DNA of 55,790 nt, filler included, from Sphacelaria rigidula (GCA_964200075.2; 6 parts of 6 records of this genome joined end to end with filler, not necessarily neighbours in it), one strand, 5' to 3'. Numbered from the whole stretch's first letter, positions 21,730-35,217 are shown. Made by a program: numbers and translations. The notes: generated by a model from the sequence alone, not told the origin.

Positions 21730-22162
21730 TGAGGGAGAACACGACGTGGGTAAGTTGGGCAGGAACGGGGGAGAGAGGGGAGAAGAGGTACGATCATTCT
21801 ACCTGAGGGGAGGGTACACAGGCCGGCCCCTCAAACAATAGCCAATGCTTGACTCTTTTTTTGTGAAGGAAAAAACAAAAAACAAAAGGACCAGTGACTG
21901 CGATTGAACACAGGAAGGAAGTGTAAGCCAGTAGACCTAAAGGTTTGGTCGTACATCAATGGTTGATAACATGACTACTTGATCTTAGATGAAAGTTCTG
22001 AGAAAACTTATGGTTTGGGGCGGGTGAGCAGTGAGAACCCAGCTCATCCAGAACGTGTTCTTGCCGAAATCGGCGCCTGCGGAGTCGATTTCAGGTCTAC
22101 CAACGTACACTTTGCCTAGGAAAGTGTACTCACCCTCCTTGCCCGAGGGTCTCGTACGCCTT

Positions 22163-22204
22163 GGATCGGGGTTAGGGTCAGGGTCAGGGTTAGCGTTATC
22201 GTTA
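22163..22204 (+). repeat. Degenerate telomere-like (TTAGGG/TCAGGG) tract
   Basis: GGGTTAGGGTCAGGGTCAGGGTTAGCGTTATCGTTAG. Confidence 0.7.
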
Positions 22205-22229
22205 GTTTGTTCGAAAAAAACAACCATAG

Positions 22230-22429
22230 ATGCACGACCAAAACTTAGTAGGCCATCTGTTGAATCGGCATCAACTTGACTTGAAAAAGGTATCCGTGGT
22301 CCAGATTGACTACACTCGCCATCTAAGAGTGAGCCCTTAGACTGCGAGGGTGTCACCTGCTGAATCGGCATCAATTTCACTTGAAAAAAGAACGCATGAT
22401 CCAGCTGGACTATCCTCGTGGTCCAAGGG
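22230..22429. mobile_element. Two tandem piggyBac-like mini elements
   Basis: TGAATCGGCATCAA.TT.ACTTGAAAAA core twice ~100 bp apart; second copy CCCTTAGAC...GTCCAAGGG|TTGA. Confidence 0.7.
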
Positions 22430-25400
22430 TTGAGGACCCATTTGGCTTGTACTTGATCGGCAGAGTGCGTGGCATTGACGCGGAAACAAATACGGTAGGG
22501 CTACCAAACATGAAATCTTGGACAGTAATTCGAGTAAAAATAAGTGCGGTGCAACACTCAATGACCGAAATTGTCCGACCTGTACTGATGACTGATGACT
22601 CGAGAAAGAAAACAGCCTACTTCAAAGAGGGGGGGGGGGGGGGCGCAAGGACACAAGGAATAGGCTTTTCGTATCCCTGATACATGGGTGACATGATTCA
22701 ACGTGGAGAGAAGGTACCTCGTAGCCCAAACACGAACCTTTTCATCACAAGTGTTGCGCACCAGTTGCGATATGTTCAAAGGAGGCATCAACAATTCATC
22801 TCTGGGTCATGATTGACGGTATGTACATATGATGACTCAACCACTTGGACACGTGACACGAAACCCCATTAGTCAGGTGAACCTTACGGCAGGTGTAAAC
22901 TACCGTACTGTACACAAGAGGTCGGAATAACTTTTGCTACAACGCCTGCTATAATAGAAAGCCTCAGATGGAAATGTGCTTGCTCGTGTGTGGAGGAGGG
23001 TATACGAATGTCCCGTAATTTCAAGCCGCGGCCGTTTGGTTTGCTGTCCTTGTTCCGGATGCCATGGTGGGAACATGTCGCGCCGTGTGGATGTTTTTTT
23101 TTCACTTTATCGATGCTACGGCCGCCTTGTCGTCATGGACCATGGCTCACGCCCCGTGTGGTGTTGCCATGCCTTCGGCAACTGCTCGTTTTTGCTGTCG
23201 GTACCGCCCATGGTGCGGTGAAGGCGGCTTCTATGATGGGAACTCTACTTTGTGGCAGCCAACCCTTTACGGCGCTTCCCTACAATCTACGAACGAGCTC
23301 ACGCCGTTGCGCACAACTCCGCGGCTACGCTGGCGCCCCGCACCACGGCTGGGTAAAGATGACATCAAAGGGACTCGAAATGAAAACTTTCATTACGCGT
23401 TGGCGCCAAGGGTTAACCTCTACCGAGTCCAGAAGCAAGTGGAGAAGTCACGAGATGATCATCTTGATGCTGTATTGGTATGGTTTCTACGCGGAACGTT
23501 CCGAGAAACACACGCCATTAAACTAATACCGGGGCGGGACACCCGAGTCTGATCGTAATTTCTCAGGAGAAAATAATGCCGATGAAACAGGTGGACACCC
23601 CTGGGTGTTTGAGGATTGGATGGGAGGGGGTAGAGGGTGCTGCGTGGCGATCGACGAATAATATGGACCAACCAACCCCTGATCCTTACCGTGAAAAGGT
23701 AAACAACCCAGTAACGGAAAGGAATGGTCGTGCTCGTATCGGATGTCTCGAGAGATGCGCATACACTCATGGCACATACCTAGACCATGACACGCTTGAC
23801 GAGCCACGGCGGTAACAGTGTAATAAATATGACAAATACTCCCACCTCTTGATTTCAACCACGGATACAATCCGCTGCCGCCACTACTCCCAACGAACAA
23901 CCTGCGACGGAGCAAACGTTACACGACCCCTCGACAACCGATGAGCACCCCGAAGAGACAACATACGAGTACGATATAATCCATCTCGTACCGCAATCGG
24001 TCACGACCTTACCGTTGTCGCATTGGAGGGCGATGCAAAGCCTCCGTGACGAGTTGCTGCGAGTGCACGGACCGCGTGGGGCCCTTGCGACCCGTCACGG
24101 CGGAGCTACCCCCACCGCCGCCCGCGCTAGCAGCTCGCCGGTGACCGACGGGAGATGTTGCGTGAGTCTGTGGGCAAGGAAAACCACCGCTAGCACGGAA
24201 GCGCGTGACGGCGAGTGGCCTGTAACAATAAATACAATATTAAAAATCGAGGAAAGTCCAATCGGAGATGGAGGCAACATTAAAAGAAATGGAGATCGAC
24301 TGCGTGGTAGAAGGTGGTTGTGAAACTTGTGGTGCAAGGTGTAACCGTCGGTATGGCGGAAAAAGGACGAGGCGGCGCCTTGTCAAGACGACCGCAGACT
24401 GCGACACGGCGGCAGCATCATCACTTGCTTGATTGACCATAAACATGTTTGTCGAGAGACAAGGAAAAAATGGTTTGTTCTTTTTCACCAGCGTCCTTAC
24501 GCATGTGGGATGTGGTGTGTAAATGGATGGGGCATAATTGTAGAGGGATCCACCTGTTGAGACGACGTGTTGCAGTTGATGGGGGGGACTACTCTTCACA
24601 TTGGGCGCGGCAAATACACTACTGTATACTATTGTTCTGGTTTTACACGGCGGTTGGTGAGGGCAATAGTTCCTGGCACTTGGAAAGGGACGCGAAACAA
24701 TATTTCGACCAAAACGAGTATGCCATGCCGCGTACAGCGCACTTGCCACACATTATACAAACAACAAAATCACCCGCTACCGGTCTTTTACATACATGGA
24801 TTGCAGCTACTGTACCGTCTGTACTACTGACTGCAGTCCACTTGTTCTGCACCCTCCGTCCCCCCTTCTCTCCTCCGTATGGACTAGTCCGCGGAGACTT
24901 GAGGAAGCAGCTCAGCTCTCCCCTAGGTCGGATCTATGTACTCATATTACAGTTGGTGTGAGAACCCACGACGGACCCAAACTACATGAGCGATGGCACA
25001 CTAGTTCGGGGCGCACATACACTGGAGTTCGGAAAAAATACTGTTCCTTCCATTTTTACTCGTAGTGATATATCCAACTCTCTTGCCGACGAGCACCGAC
25101 GGGAGGGGGGGGCGTTCAAATAGCACGCTCAAAGAACAACACTTCGAGTATCGTATGCCACGAAGAGCTTCGAGTTAACTTATTGACCGACTGCAAGGGT
25201 TGGTTATCTGGGTCCAACAGTCATTTGCACGTGAGGGAAATTATGCCGACTCAACAGATGACCCATCCTGGTCGTCACAGGCTTAAATACGCGAGAAGAG
25301 ATACGCCTTGTCGAAGGGAGAGCGTAGACGGCCAAGTGTATTACAAAGCCGTGCGTACGGCGACGGTTATCATAACTGCGCTTGCTGTCTGCCCTCTGGG

Positions 25401-27298
25401 TACCAAATCCATGGTACTGATGTCGTGCCGTGGTACGCATGATGGCAACTGACACAGTGACGTATTTGTACGTACCGTCTGGTTTTCTAGGCTACCGAAG
25501 GGCGACCGCCTAGCAAAAGCAGGAGACAGGGGCTGGGTAAGGTCGAGAGTCTCTGGAAATCTACCCTCAAGATAGCCCCTATATTGACAGACATGTCCCT
25601 CACGAAACATCTCGATGGGGAGAGATGGGAGAAGTGGGAATGCATCTCCGCTGGCAACGGCCACTAGATGATCTCGCGCACCTGCCACCTGGTGTTGTTC
25701 TCTCAAAATCTCCCATTTCAAGTCAGAATTAGTGTCGGTACTTCCAGAGAGCGAATTCTACATTAATCACGAGACAAGCGGGGCTCATGAGAAGGCCAAA
25801 TCCGATGAAAACGAGAAACCACACCTCGCCAACCACCACCCATATCGAGCGAACTCCTGCTCTTTCCCGAAAGGTAGGAAACCTAGTCCATGGATTCATC
25901 ACCCATGATGGGTTCGACGCAAAAAAAAACGGCTAAATATCCAGGGGGAAAAATATAAGAGTTGAAGGGTCGTATTTAGGGCTTTAGTGAATCTCAAACC
26001 AACGGCGACATTTTAGTTGCGCACGCATAGATTGATTGGTATAATATATTTTGTGGGTATTCTGAAAGGAGCAACAAAAAGCACACCGTCAGCAACGGTT
26101 GCTTCGATATGTCTACTTATCCCTTCCCTGTTATGGCAAGGCGTCAACAGCAGCAGTCCAATTCTCAACCTACGCCAACCACGCGGAATGGAAGCAAGGA
26201 TCACCACGGTACACGCCGACAGCGGCACAGTAATGAAAAGCCAAGTTGGTGATGGGTGATCCGTCAACCCTGTTGATTTGGCCAAGTTACCTGCGGATGC
26301 AGCACCCACTGCAAGACAACAACCCTAGTGCAAATCACATACACAACCCGATTCGAAATAGCGCAGAAAAAAATGTGTTCACCACAAACAAAAACGCAGA
26401 GCAACGTTCCCCGACACAGATCAAGAGCAAGGCGCATGCAAACTCTTGACATCAAACCAGACACCACCGCGCATGGCGAAGCAATCACGGTGGCCTACAC
26501 CCCTGCCTCCCTCATCTTTATTCACGTGACACCGAGCAATCACGCTGGACCCAATTTTCGCTTACCCAGAATTACTGCTGCCATCAGGGTGAGACCAAAA
26601 CACCGGGTCCGTCGCTACCAATGTTCCGCCGAAACCCAACGGAGCACTGCGAGAGCGCCTGTGCTTTCCCCTCCTTCCCTCGCTCGCTGCTCCAGAGCCA
26701 CCTTGTTGCAGCAACATTGACGGTTGAGCTGCTATATCCCTACTTTCGAGGCCTTCCATGCTTTTCAGAAAATCGGCACCGCGCAGTTTTGAGGCCTTCC
26801 GGTAAGTTCCAGACAGCTGTCCGTCAGACGCAAGGGTTTTTCTATAGACAACAAACACAAACAAGTGCAGGCGCTACGACAGCGATGAGCCCAGCACGTT
26901 GTTGATTGCTAGCTGTTGGTATGAGCCATGTGCAGGATAACCCCCACCAAAGCGGCCACACGTTTTGTTTGGTTCCTACGGACTCCAACCTTTCAGCCTT
27001 TTGTCCAGCGAGAAAACAGTACTACACGCTTGCGAAATGACCATATTGCTCTTAAGCTGTCCGTATGACCTACGGGAACTGAATTTCTTTCTTGCAACCA
27101 TCGTGGACCTCAGATGTTGACGATAGACGGCCAACGCGGCGCAACTCATCTGGTCTTATTAGGATCAGCCGTGGGTTGTACAATAGTTGCACTATTAGTG
27201 CACTAACGCACCACGGCCCCCACCGGCTGCTGTCACCATTTATGTCCTTTACAATTTTGGGTGCGACGCATAACAGCCTGCATGAAGACTACGAGTCT

Positions 27299-27448
27299 AT
27301 GAGAATAGTGGCTGGTGGAATAGCAGGCGTGGCCTTCGTTGGCGCTCTGCTAGCTGGAGGCGATGTCAGTGATGCGTTTCAACCACGACTATCAGGTACC
27401 AGGATCCTCGATATCCGCAAGAGAGCATGTCGACGTAGTCACCGTTCG
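27299..27448 (+). CDS. First exon of a probable plastid-targeted protein
   Basis: MRIVAGGIAGVAFVGALLAGGDVSDA-FQPRLSGTRILDIRKRACRRSHRS|GTACGG: hydrophobic signal peptide, A-F cleavage (ASAFAP-type), R/S-rich transit peptide. Confidence 0.6.
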
Positions 27449-27846
27449 GTACGGTTCGGCTGAGCACCATTCCCGCTCATGTTGAACCGACCCGTTCTAC
27501 AGACTATTTATTGTCTCTACAGGTATCTGTTGGTGTCATGTTATATACGGCACGTCATGCAGTGCAGTCAGCACAGACGGCTATAATAATATAGTAGTGG
27601 TACAACTCAGCACAATCGTGTTCTTCGCGGACTGCCAATGTTCGGACGTTCCGTACAATGTAACACGTACTGCAGGTGCGTAAAGCGGTGGTGGTACAGG
27701 GGCATGTAGCCCTCATGGGAGCCGGTCATGCGCCTTCATTTTCGTGTCACTCCGTGTTGTTCTCAGCATTTTGACCACCCAGTGATCGCGCGTCGAGTTT
27801 GGAAAACCGAGTTCCACTCCCTGAAGTCCGAATGGCCACCTGCGGC

Positions 27847-27946
27847 NNNNNNNNNNNNNNNNNNNNNNNNNNNNNNNNNNNNNNNNNNNNTTAATTAATT
27901 AANNNNNNNNNNNNNNNNNNNNNNNNNNNNNNNNNNNNNNNNNNNN
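27847..27946. other. Artificial contig spacer
   Basis: N-run with TTAATTAATTAA. Confidence 0.98.
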
Positions 27947-28113
27947 AGGGGTTCAGCAGTCCCTTTCCCTCGTCAACCGTTAAGTCGAATTTTGTATACC
28001 CACGACATAGTCGCTCCCCACTGTTGGGCATGGTGTAAACTCCGGGAATGGAACCCCACATCTCAGCCATCAGAAGGTTACGAGATTACCAACTGAGCCA
28101 CCGGGGCGACCGG
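27947..28113 (-). mobile_element. tRNA-derived SINE family 1, 5' half
   Basis: CCGGTCGCCCCGGTGGCTCAGTTGGTAA head; matches 45132-45320. Confidence 0.85.
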
Positions 28114-28554
28114 CGATCACAGTGTGATGTTATGAATGAGAATGGATGGAAATAAATGCTTAATAATAATTAAGCTTCTTGATAGAAGCCCCTACTCGTG
28201 GAGTGACGAAGTCACAGGGAAAAAGGCAAGCAAATTGTGCTCAAGGAACGCTAGCGATCAGGACATCGGAGCTCTCACACAGGTGCACTTCTCATCAATA
28301 CACCATTGCTCAAGTTTATTCGGACCTACACATTCGCGACGTATAATTTTCTCAGGATTCATGGTATTCGCCGTAAAAGTCAAACTCTCAGCCATCGAGC
28401 CAGCTCATAATTTCCATGAGAAAGCTGCCGGTTCCTCCAGCCACGAATAGTAACAAACGTGGACCAGATGCACACGTACACTGCCGAGATAGTTATAGAC
28501 AACTACTTACTTCGTATATTCCGAGCTAGTGGAGAGTCAATATGTCCACATGCA

Positions 28555-28590
28555 TATATATATATATAGATAGATAGATAGATAGATAGA
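28555..28590. repeat. (TA)n(GATA)n microsatellite
   Basis: Direct reading. Confidence 0.9.
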
Positions 28591-30195
28591 TATCGCATCT
28601 CTGAGAATGAAGGCGTGCGCCGCGAGCTTGTAGCGAACCGGTCGGTCAACTTTGAGTTTTGCTCCGTCCACGATCACACGCGCTACTATTTTTATCGAGC
28701 AACGAGCCCGTGCGCGCCTGCTTCGTCTGCTCTTGTCTTCAAATAAAGTGGTTGACAAGGGTGTTTGCACAGCACTGACTACCTACTGTTTGTGTGCCTC
28801 CGAGCAAGATTTCGCAACCGCGATCTACTGTTGTACTCACCATCAATCTATGTAACAGTTCAACTTCGCTCGTCAGAAAAGTCGGAAAGCCAAGAACACA
28901 CGCCGTACGAGCAGTCGGCCTTCCTCTGTGCCCCTTACTCTGTAGGCGGCGGAGCCCTGTGCTCGGTGGCGCATCATATACTATATTTGTACGTGTCGAC
29001 GCAACACCTAGTATCTGACAAAAACGGCAACTCGAACAATCACGCCTGGTGCTGCCGTACACTTCGGGTGGGCTAAGTGTGTGTGGTGCCCACGCATGTG
29101 CATACATCGTATGCGACAACTTCTCGGGTCGAGGCTCTGTACCGTACCACGGAGAGCTTTCTACAATACAGCAAATGGACGGGAGTGTTACTTACCTGAA
29201 CGAAGCTGGACATGCGTCTAGCCATCTTTTGCCACAGTGCAGTCAGCGCTGTGCGAGCAGATCGGCCGTAGATAAGAGCGCTTCAGCGGACCGAGATTAC
29301 ACGAGGCCTTTCGATCACGAGTACGCAGTGTATACCACACACGTCACACGTCGTTAGCGTAGCGCCGCCGATGCTCCGCGGCGTCGGCTCACAACCTCCA
29401 CGGCCCTCTTATCGCCAAATAAATGGTAGATGTAAACGAAGAACAGAGATGTCCCACGAGCTTGCTTTCCTGCAAAGAGTTGAAGAGGAGGTGTACACGA
29501 AACTGTGACCACAATTTGTATTTGAGGAAGGTACGCAGTTGTACGCTACAACATCGACCTGCCGCACAATTTACTGATGGGAGTTGCCCTCGCCAAGGTA
29601 AGCAAATCAATGATCTCACATTTCGGAAACAGGTTTCCCACCGCCACCATCAAATCAATCTATAACATATGTGCAACATTACAATCAATATAGTACGTGC
29701 ACGTAAGCCGACGAAATGGTGTTCGGTCGTGAGCAGTAACACTTTCTCGTGGATTCTCGGTGACGGACGAAAATAGTCGAGCGTTACATTTCGACGCGGG
29801 CTGATTGATATCTTTCGAGCACGAGTACCGATCAACTGATTATGCCTTCAACATGTGCTTTGATACGTACGATCTTCTTGTTGAACTGCTGCGAAAGTGG
29901 TTCCTCCTCATCAAAGCGGTAGCATTAGAGCAAGCCACAATCTTTGAGCGCATTGCCGAATTGTCCCTCCCGATGCATATATTACGCTTTTAACCGCGAG
30001 CTTTCAAGAAATCAACTGATCCCCCACTGGCTGCTTGCGGTACCGTGCTTGGTTGTACAGACACTTCGGGTGAATCCATCGCGGGTCTGTGTAGGCTATT
30101 GGTGAGGGAAATTATTGCTCCGATAATATATCCCATCACCATACATCAATCATCGACCCCAAGTCACGGCAGGTTTGACACGCGGACGAGGCGAG

Positions 30196-30357
30196 ATGGG
30201 TGTGCAAGAGGTTGAAAGAGGGGATAAGTACCAGAAGTTGAACCACTTGACGGATGGCGTGGTGGCAGAGCTGGGGCTGGGTCCGTCACCACTGAACGCA
30301 ATCAGTCTGTCCCCCGACCAGCGGCACGGAGTTGTCGGGGGTCGCGATCTCATGAAG
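30196..30357 (+). CDS. WDR24: GATOR2/SEA complex WD40 protein WDR24 (Sea2), first exon
   Basis: MGVQEVER...LGPSPLNAISLSPDQRHGVVGGRDLMK|GTAGGT; resembles the WDR24 N-terminus P.NAIS...D...VVVAGR.I.K as recalled. Confidence 0.7.
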
Positions 30358-30874
30358 GTAGGTCGGCGGCTCCGCGTGCATGTTTCATAGCGTACAGTCA
30401 GTAACAGTACAGCAGCACCTATTAATATCTACCTGTGTGGACTAAGGTGTGCAGCTGATAGCTGCACTGGTTTGCATGGTTAGGAAGACCCTTGCATATA
30501 TGGATTGTCCCCCAAGCACAACGACATTCCTGTTGTAACGGCTGCGTAGTGTTGTATCCTCGAGAAACATATGTGCAGCAAACTATGGTTGACCCGCCAC
30601 TTGTTGCTCAGGGTGTGCATTCGTTCCATGCTCGAGAAAATTAGAGCTCGTGGTAAGTGTAGTGTAGTGTAGTGTAGTATACCTTGCCCTGCCTTGACGA
30701 ATTTCAGTCCGAAATATAAAGGGTTTGTGTTGCTGTGCCCCCCTCTAGACTTTCATTTCTGTGCAGCACTCTCGGCTGTCATTTGTCATGATGTTGATAT
30801 TGGAGTTTTCCGACAAGCCATTTTTGCGCGAAGGCGACAAGTGCTGCGCGCAATGTGTGTGTTGTGTGGGTGGA

Positions 30875-31101
30875 TGTGTGCGTGTGCGTGTTGTCATCCC
30901 ATATATTCTGGACGTCAGTCTATACCTTTCGGTACATGTGGGCGCACCAGCCAGGGTTACACAGGAGGAAGGTCAACACAGGAGTTCTTTTTTTTTATTT
31001 GTTTCAGGTCTCCACCTTCCTTCTATGGTGATTGCCCTTATTTTTCATCACGAGAGGGGTTCCGCAGTCCCTTTCCCTTGTCGACCGTTAGGTCGAATTT
31101 T
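30875..31101 (-). mobile_element. SINE family 1, 3' part
   Basis: Reverse complement of 45280-45495 including the (CA)n-like tail. Confidence 0.85.
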
Positions 31102-31627
31102 AATTTTATGCAATGCAACTGTTCGAGAGGCTAACGTCAAGACTGTACTGTTGTGCTGGATGCACGGGCGAATTCATGCCTGACGCTTATGTTGTGCCGA
31201 GACTTGTTCATGCGCTGTAGTTGTGTGCTCATGTATTTCACCACTCTCCCTCACTCGGCCGTTCGGTCGACGGTGCTGTCGGTGAATAATATATAGCAAG
31301 GATGTTGGATGGCTGGTGCACCCGTGGATAATTGGTAGGATGGTTTATCAATGCAGCACGGCCAGTTGATTGTGGCTAGTGAAGAGAGTGAGAGAGGAGG
31401 GGTAGGAGCAGCGGTGCGCCCAGCTCCACCTGCATCTCGCATACACGTATGTCCTCCAACATGCCAAAAGCGGTGGAACATCCTTGCACGTGTACCCAAT
31501 CGCCTGACCAAAATTTATGGGCCGGCGGGGAGGGGGGGGGGGGGGGGGGGGGTGTTGTGGTGACACAACCCCGACAAAGTCTACTTAATTTTTTGGAAAT
31601 AATGGGCGGAAAAANNNNNNNNNNGCA

Positions 31628-31686
<59 letters not shown>

Positions 31687-31849
31687 CGGGGGGTCATCTG
31701 GTCACATCACCCGAACCAAGTCTACCTATATTCGTAGTAGTAATGGACGGAATCAAAATCAAGGTTGTGACCAATTTCCGATTGCCTTCCTTTGTTCTCC
31801 CGCGGTAGTGGGAGGTGACAAAAGAACGTATTTTGACGGCACACAATCG

Positions 31850-32570
31850 GAAATGAGGAATGTTGCACCTGTGCAACAACGCCCGATGAAAACACGACGG
31901 CTGTGCATAGCCATTACGTGGCTTCTTCAACTTTGCGTATAGAGCACTCTGTTCCCACCCCAACCGGAACACAGCACCAGTAGCGCCTGTACAGTAGCTC
32001 AGGCAATCTCCAGCGCAGATCAAGCCGTCCTCGCAGGATTCACACGCACCACAGTACAGCGACAGCAACGACTACAGCATATAAATGATAGGTCTGGACA
32101 CCGCATTTTTCGTTTCATACAAGAGACGAAGCCAAGATATCGTGAGGTTTTCAACGGTGTGTGGACAGCGCTCCGCGCCGACCACAATTTTTGTGCCGAC
32201 CGAGACATAACACCAGTCCAACAGTGCAGGCAATCCCCAGCGCAGATCAAACCGTCCTCGCAGGGTTCAAATGCACCACAGTACAGCGACAACTACAGCG
32301 TTAAAATATCGGGCCTGAGCATGACGCGCCTTGTTCCCCCTACACAAGATACAACAGCCAACAAACCATGACGTTTCCAACTTTGACGAGACAGCGCTCC
32401 GAGCCGATTACAACCATTTTGTACAGAGCGGAGCACAACAACAGTACGACAGCTCAGGCAATCCCCGGCGGAGTCCAAACCGTCTTTGCAAGGTTCAAAC
32501 ACATCATAGTATAGTACGGTGACAGTCACAGCACCCGAGAGAGGGCGCGAGTGTGATTTATTTGGCTGCA
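31850..32570. repeat. Diverged tandem repeat, ~228-bp period, 3 units
   Basis: Core CAGGCAATCYCC.GCG.AG..CAA.CCGTC at 32000, 32227, 32455. Confidence 0.85.
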
Positions 32571-34040
32571 GAACAGTAAAACATGACATCCACCACAGTT
32601 TTATCCTTCGATCAAACCGCAACCGATTTTGATTTTGAACGGGTCCCGTAAGGTTGGCCTAAGATCACCCGAGATTGTTGTCCCGATATTTTACGTTTTC
32701 GGGCCATCTAGGCTCGAGATCACCGACGCTTGGGGACCCCTCAAACTGGGGCACGGACGTCAAGTTCTTCGACGCTCAATGCTTTATGTTCCGAGAATCC
32801 CAGCTGACAGTCCCGCGAACGTGTGGATCACGACAGTTACATGTGTTGGTGGCGCTTTAACAATATAGCCACTGGGGGGCCGAATCAGACAGAAATGGGC
32901 CTTTTTATGGAGTGGGTCAAGTCAAGTGTAGCAGGCCTATATCACGTACCGTTGGCCAATCGAAAGCTATTATCGGAGAGCTTTTCCATGTAGCTTCATC
33001 TAGTACCGACCCCTGCAATCACAAGGAGTAATGCGCCACGAGGGGAATTAGGCAGTACTTTTTGCGGCACTTATCCGAATCCATGTCCACCCCGCATTTG
33101 CTGGTCCGCAGACGGTATGATCACGCTGTGCCCACATTGGCGGTGGGCATCGGCCTCGCCTCAGCCGTGTACGTGCTGACCACATGCGTGCACCGCTGGT
33201 GCGGTTTTGGCGACTTTTGTGTTCGCTGCTGTACGGCAGCGCCTATCTCATAATGCAGCTCCCGGTGCTACAGCTGCTTGCTGGAGCAGGGCAGCCAGAT
33301 AGGAAATGCCAAAAGAGCGCTACTCCTCTCATAGTATTATACCCCACTCCGTGAATAACAATGTTCGTTGGAGGTATCCTGCCTGGTTGCTCACTTTGTA
33401 CGTGTGCGCATCGTGTACTCTGCTTCGTGGATGTTGGGCTGACAGTTGTTTTTTCGCCATGCTGACGGATGACCTGTGCCCCCTCTCTCTCAAGTTCGGA
33501 TTTCGAAGCTTGATTCGTCCGCTTGGCGGCGGCTATGCTCGGAGTTTTGTCGATTTTTTGCGCGGCAACCTTGGAGAGTCCAGGGATGGCCGCAGTGTCC
33601 CGAAGTAGCGCTTTCCGTGTCACTGGCGTTTTGGGTGTACCTCATTGCAGGGATGAAGTTATGTCATCTTGAAAAGTTGGTCATCCTGTTACCTGAGCAC
33701 ACGATAACGCACGGGACAGCGACTCACACCACGAATGATGAAGAGATAGGTGGTGGGTGTGCGTGAGAACTAAGTACAGATGAACAAAAAGACCGCTTAT
33801 CGCCTTCTCTTTTGAGAATATCAAGCCCTGGTGCGGTGGAAGAAGCTGATCCGCTCGTTCAGGGCTTTCGATTGAACCCATCCACTATACGTAACTCAAT
33901 TATGAAAGTCAAGTTAGAGCATTTTGACCGACCTCAGCCTTCTCCTGCCGTTGTGCTCGAATGGGTACTACTCGCTTGACTACGAGTAGAGGCTACGTAT
34001 TTTTTTGTGTAATCTCTCACCTCCTCGAGTAACGAGGGAC

Positions 34041-35217
34041 TAGAGGTGGGCACCGATAGCCAGGAAATAAAACGGTTACCGGATAGGAAGCGTTATTCTC
34101 AGAATCCAAAAACCGGTTGGACCGTTTTAAGCTGTTGGGCAAGAGAAAATGCCTCCAAATCATTGAAGCGCAGGTAAATTAGGCGTTGTTGTCATGTGTT
34201 TCGTGTGTGGTTGGTAATTGATACGCTCAAACACACCCATTGCGGGTGACGGCAAGGTTCAATCTCACCTCCGCACCCGTCTTATATCTGTCGAACGTAC
34301 AGCACAGTGGTGGATGACACCAATCTCAGTGCATGATGAGAAATAGTGTCGGTGATGACTTCAACAGCTGCCGCTCGAAAGTCGCAATTGGCATAGAAAA
34401 CTCGACGAGACGTTTGCTCAAAAGACTACTCTGTCGATGTAAAGAACCTCCGGCGCGAGCTACGTATAGCGTGCAAGCCGACATATGATTCCGAAAGATA
34501 AAACTCTGAACCCCACACCCCATCCGCCCCTGCAACCCAATGCCCAACAATAGTAGAGGGGCGGGGGTAATGCTCTCCGTCAACTTTGCATGGGAAAAAT
34601 GCACCGCCTCAGTGTCCAAAAACAACGAAAACACCAGCAGGCAACGGAAAAACGACACGAGACACTGCAAACCACGCGGTCACGCCTTCTCCCTGGGCAA
34701 CTTTGCCCCACACAATGAACGACAAAACAATCATGGTACAAGGGCGACAAGAAATCGCCTCAACTTCCATCAAGAAACACCGACGGCCAGGCCAGAATTT
34801 TTGTGTACGCCAACATCATGATGATACTCTCCGCGAGGAAAGTAAAGCGAGTCTTGAGAGTAAACAGAATTTCCACGCCCACTTGTTTTGCCTATAAAAC
34901 GCGCAGTCTTACCCTACTCTGTGTGACGTTGTCACTCAAACGACATCACTTGACTCCTCTTCACGAAGTTTCATGCTGGTGACAGTCGAATCAACTATGC
35001 GTGGCTTCGGGACGAGTCAAGAACTCCCGCGACGATGGCACCACGTACACTCCAACTCACTGCAATGTTTAACCGTCAGAGTAACGCCTTCTTTCTCGGT
35101 TGAACCGGTACACCCGTGAACCGGTTCTGAATCTCAGAACTAGAACCGGTAAATGCCTACTAGGGTTTCCAAGAGCCGGTTATACAACCGTTTTTTTTTA
35201 ACGGTTTCCCCCCTCTA
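34041..35217 (+). mobile_element. Internally deleted hAT element with BED-finger remnant
   Basis: TIR TAGAGGTGGGCACCG / CGGTTTCCCCCCTCTA; 8-bp TSD CGAGGGAC / GGAGGGAC; AACCGG subterminal repeats; AWEKCT...HCKPRGHAFSLGNFAPHNERQNNH at ~34587-34735. Confidence 0.8.

Noticed and set aside
29195..30080. Minus-strand gene divergent from WDR24
   Set aside because: Splice-like sites exist, but no consistent, recognisable reading frame could be built.
31625..31693. Poly-Gly ORFs and very long G runs
   Set aside because: Homopolymers next to N gaps; lengths unreliable and not coding.
31850..32570. CRISPR-like array (also 44810-45122)
   Set aside because: Eukaryotic context, degenerate repeats, homologous spacers, no cas genes.
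33243..33623. pogo/Tigger HTH-like ORF (ASKSELER..HGE)
   Set aside because: Similarity too weak and no TIRs found.
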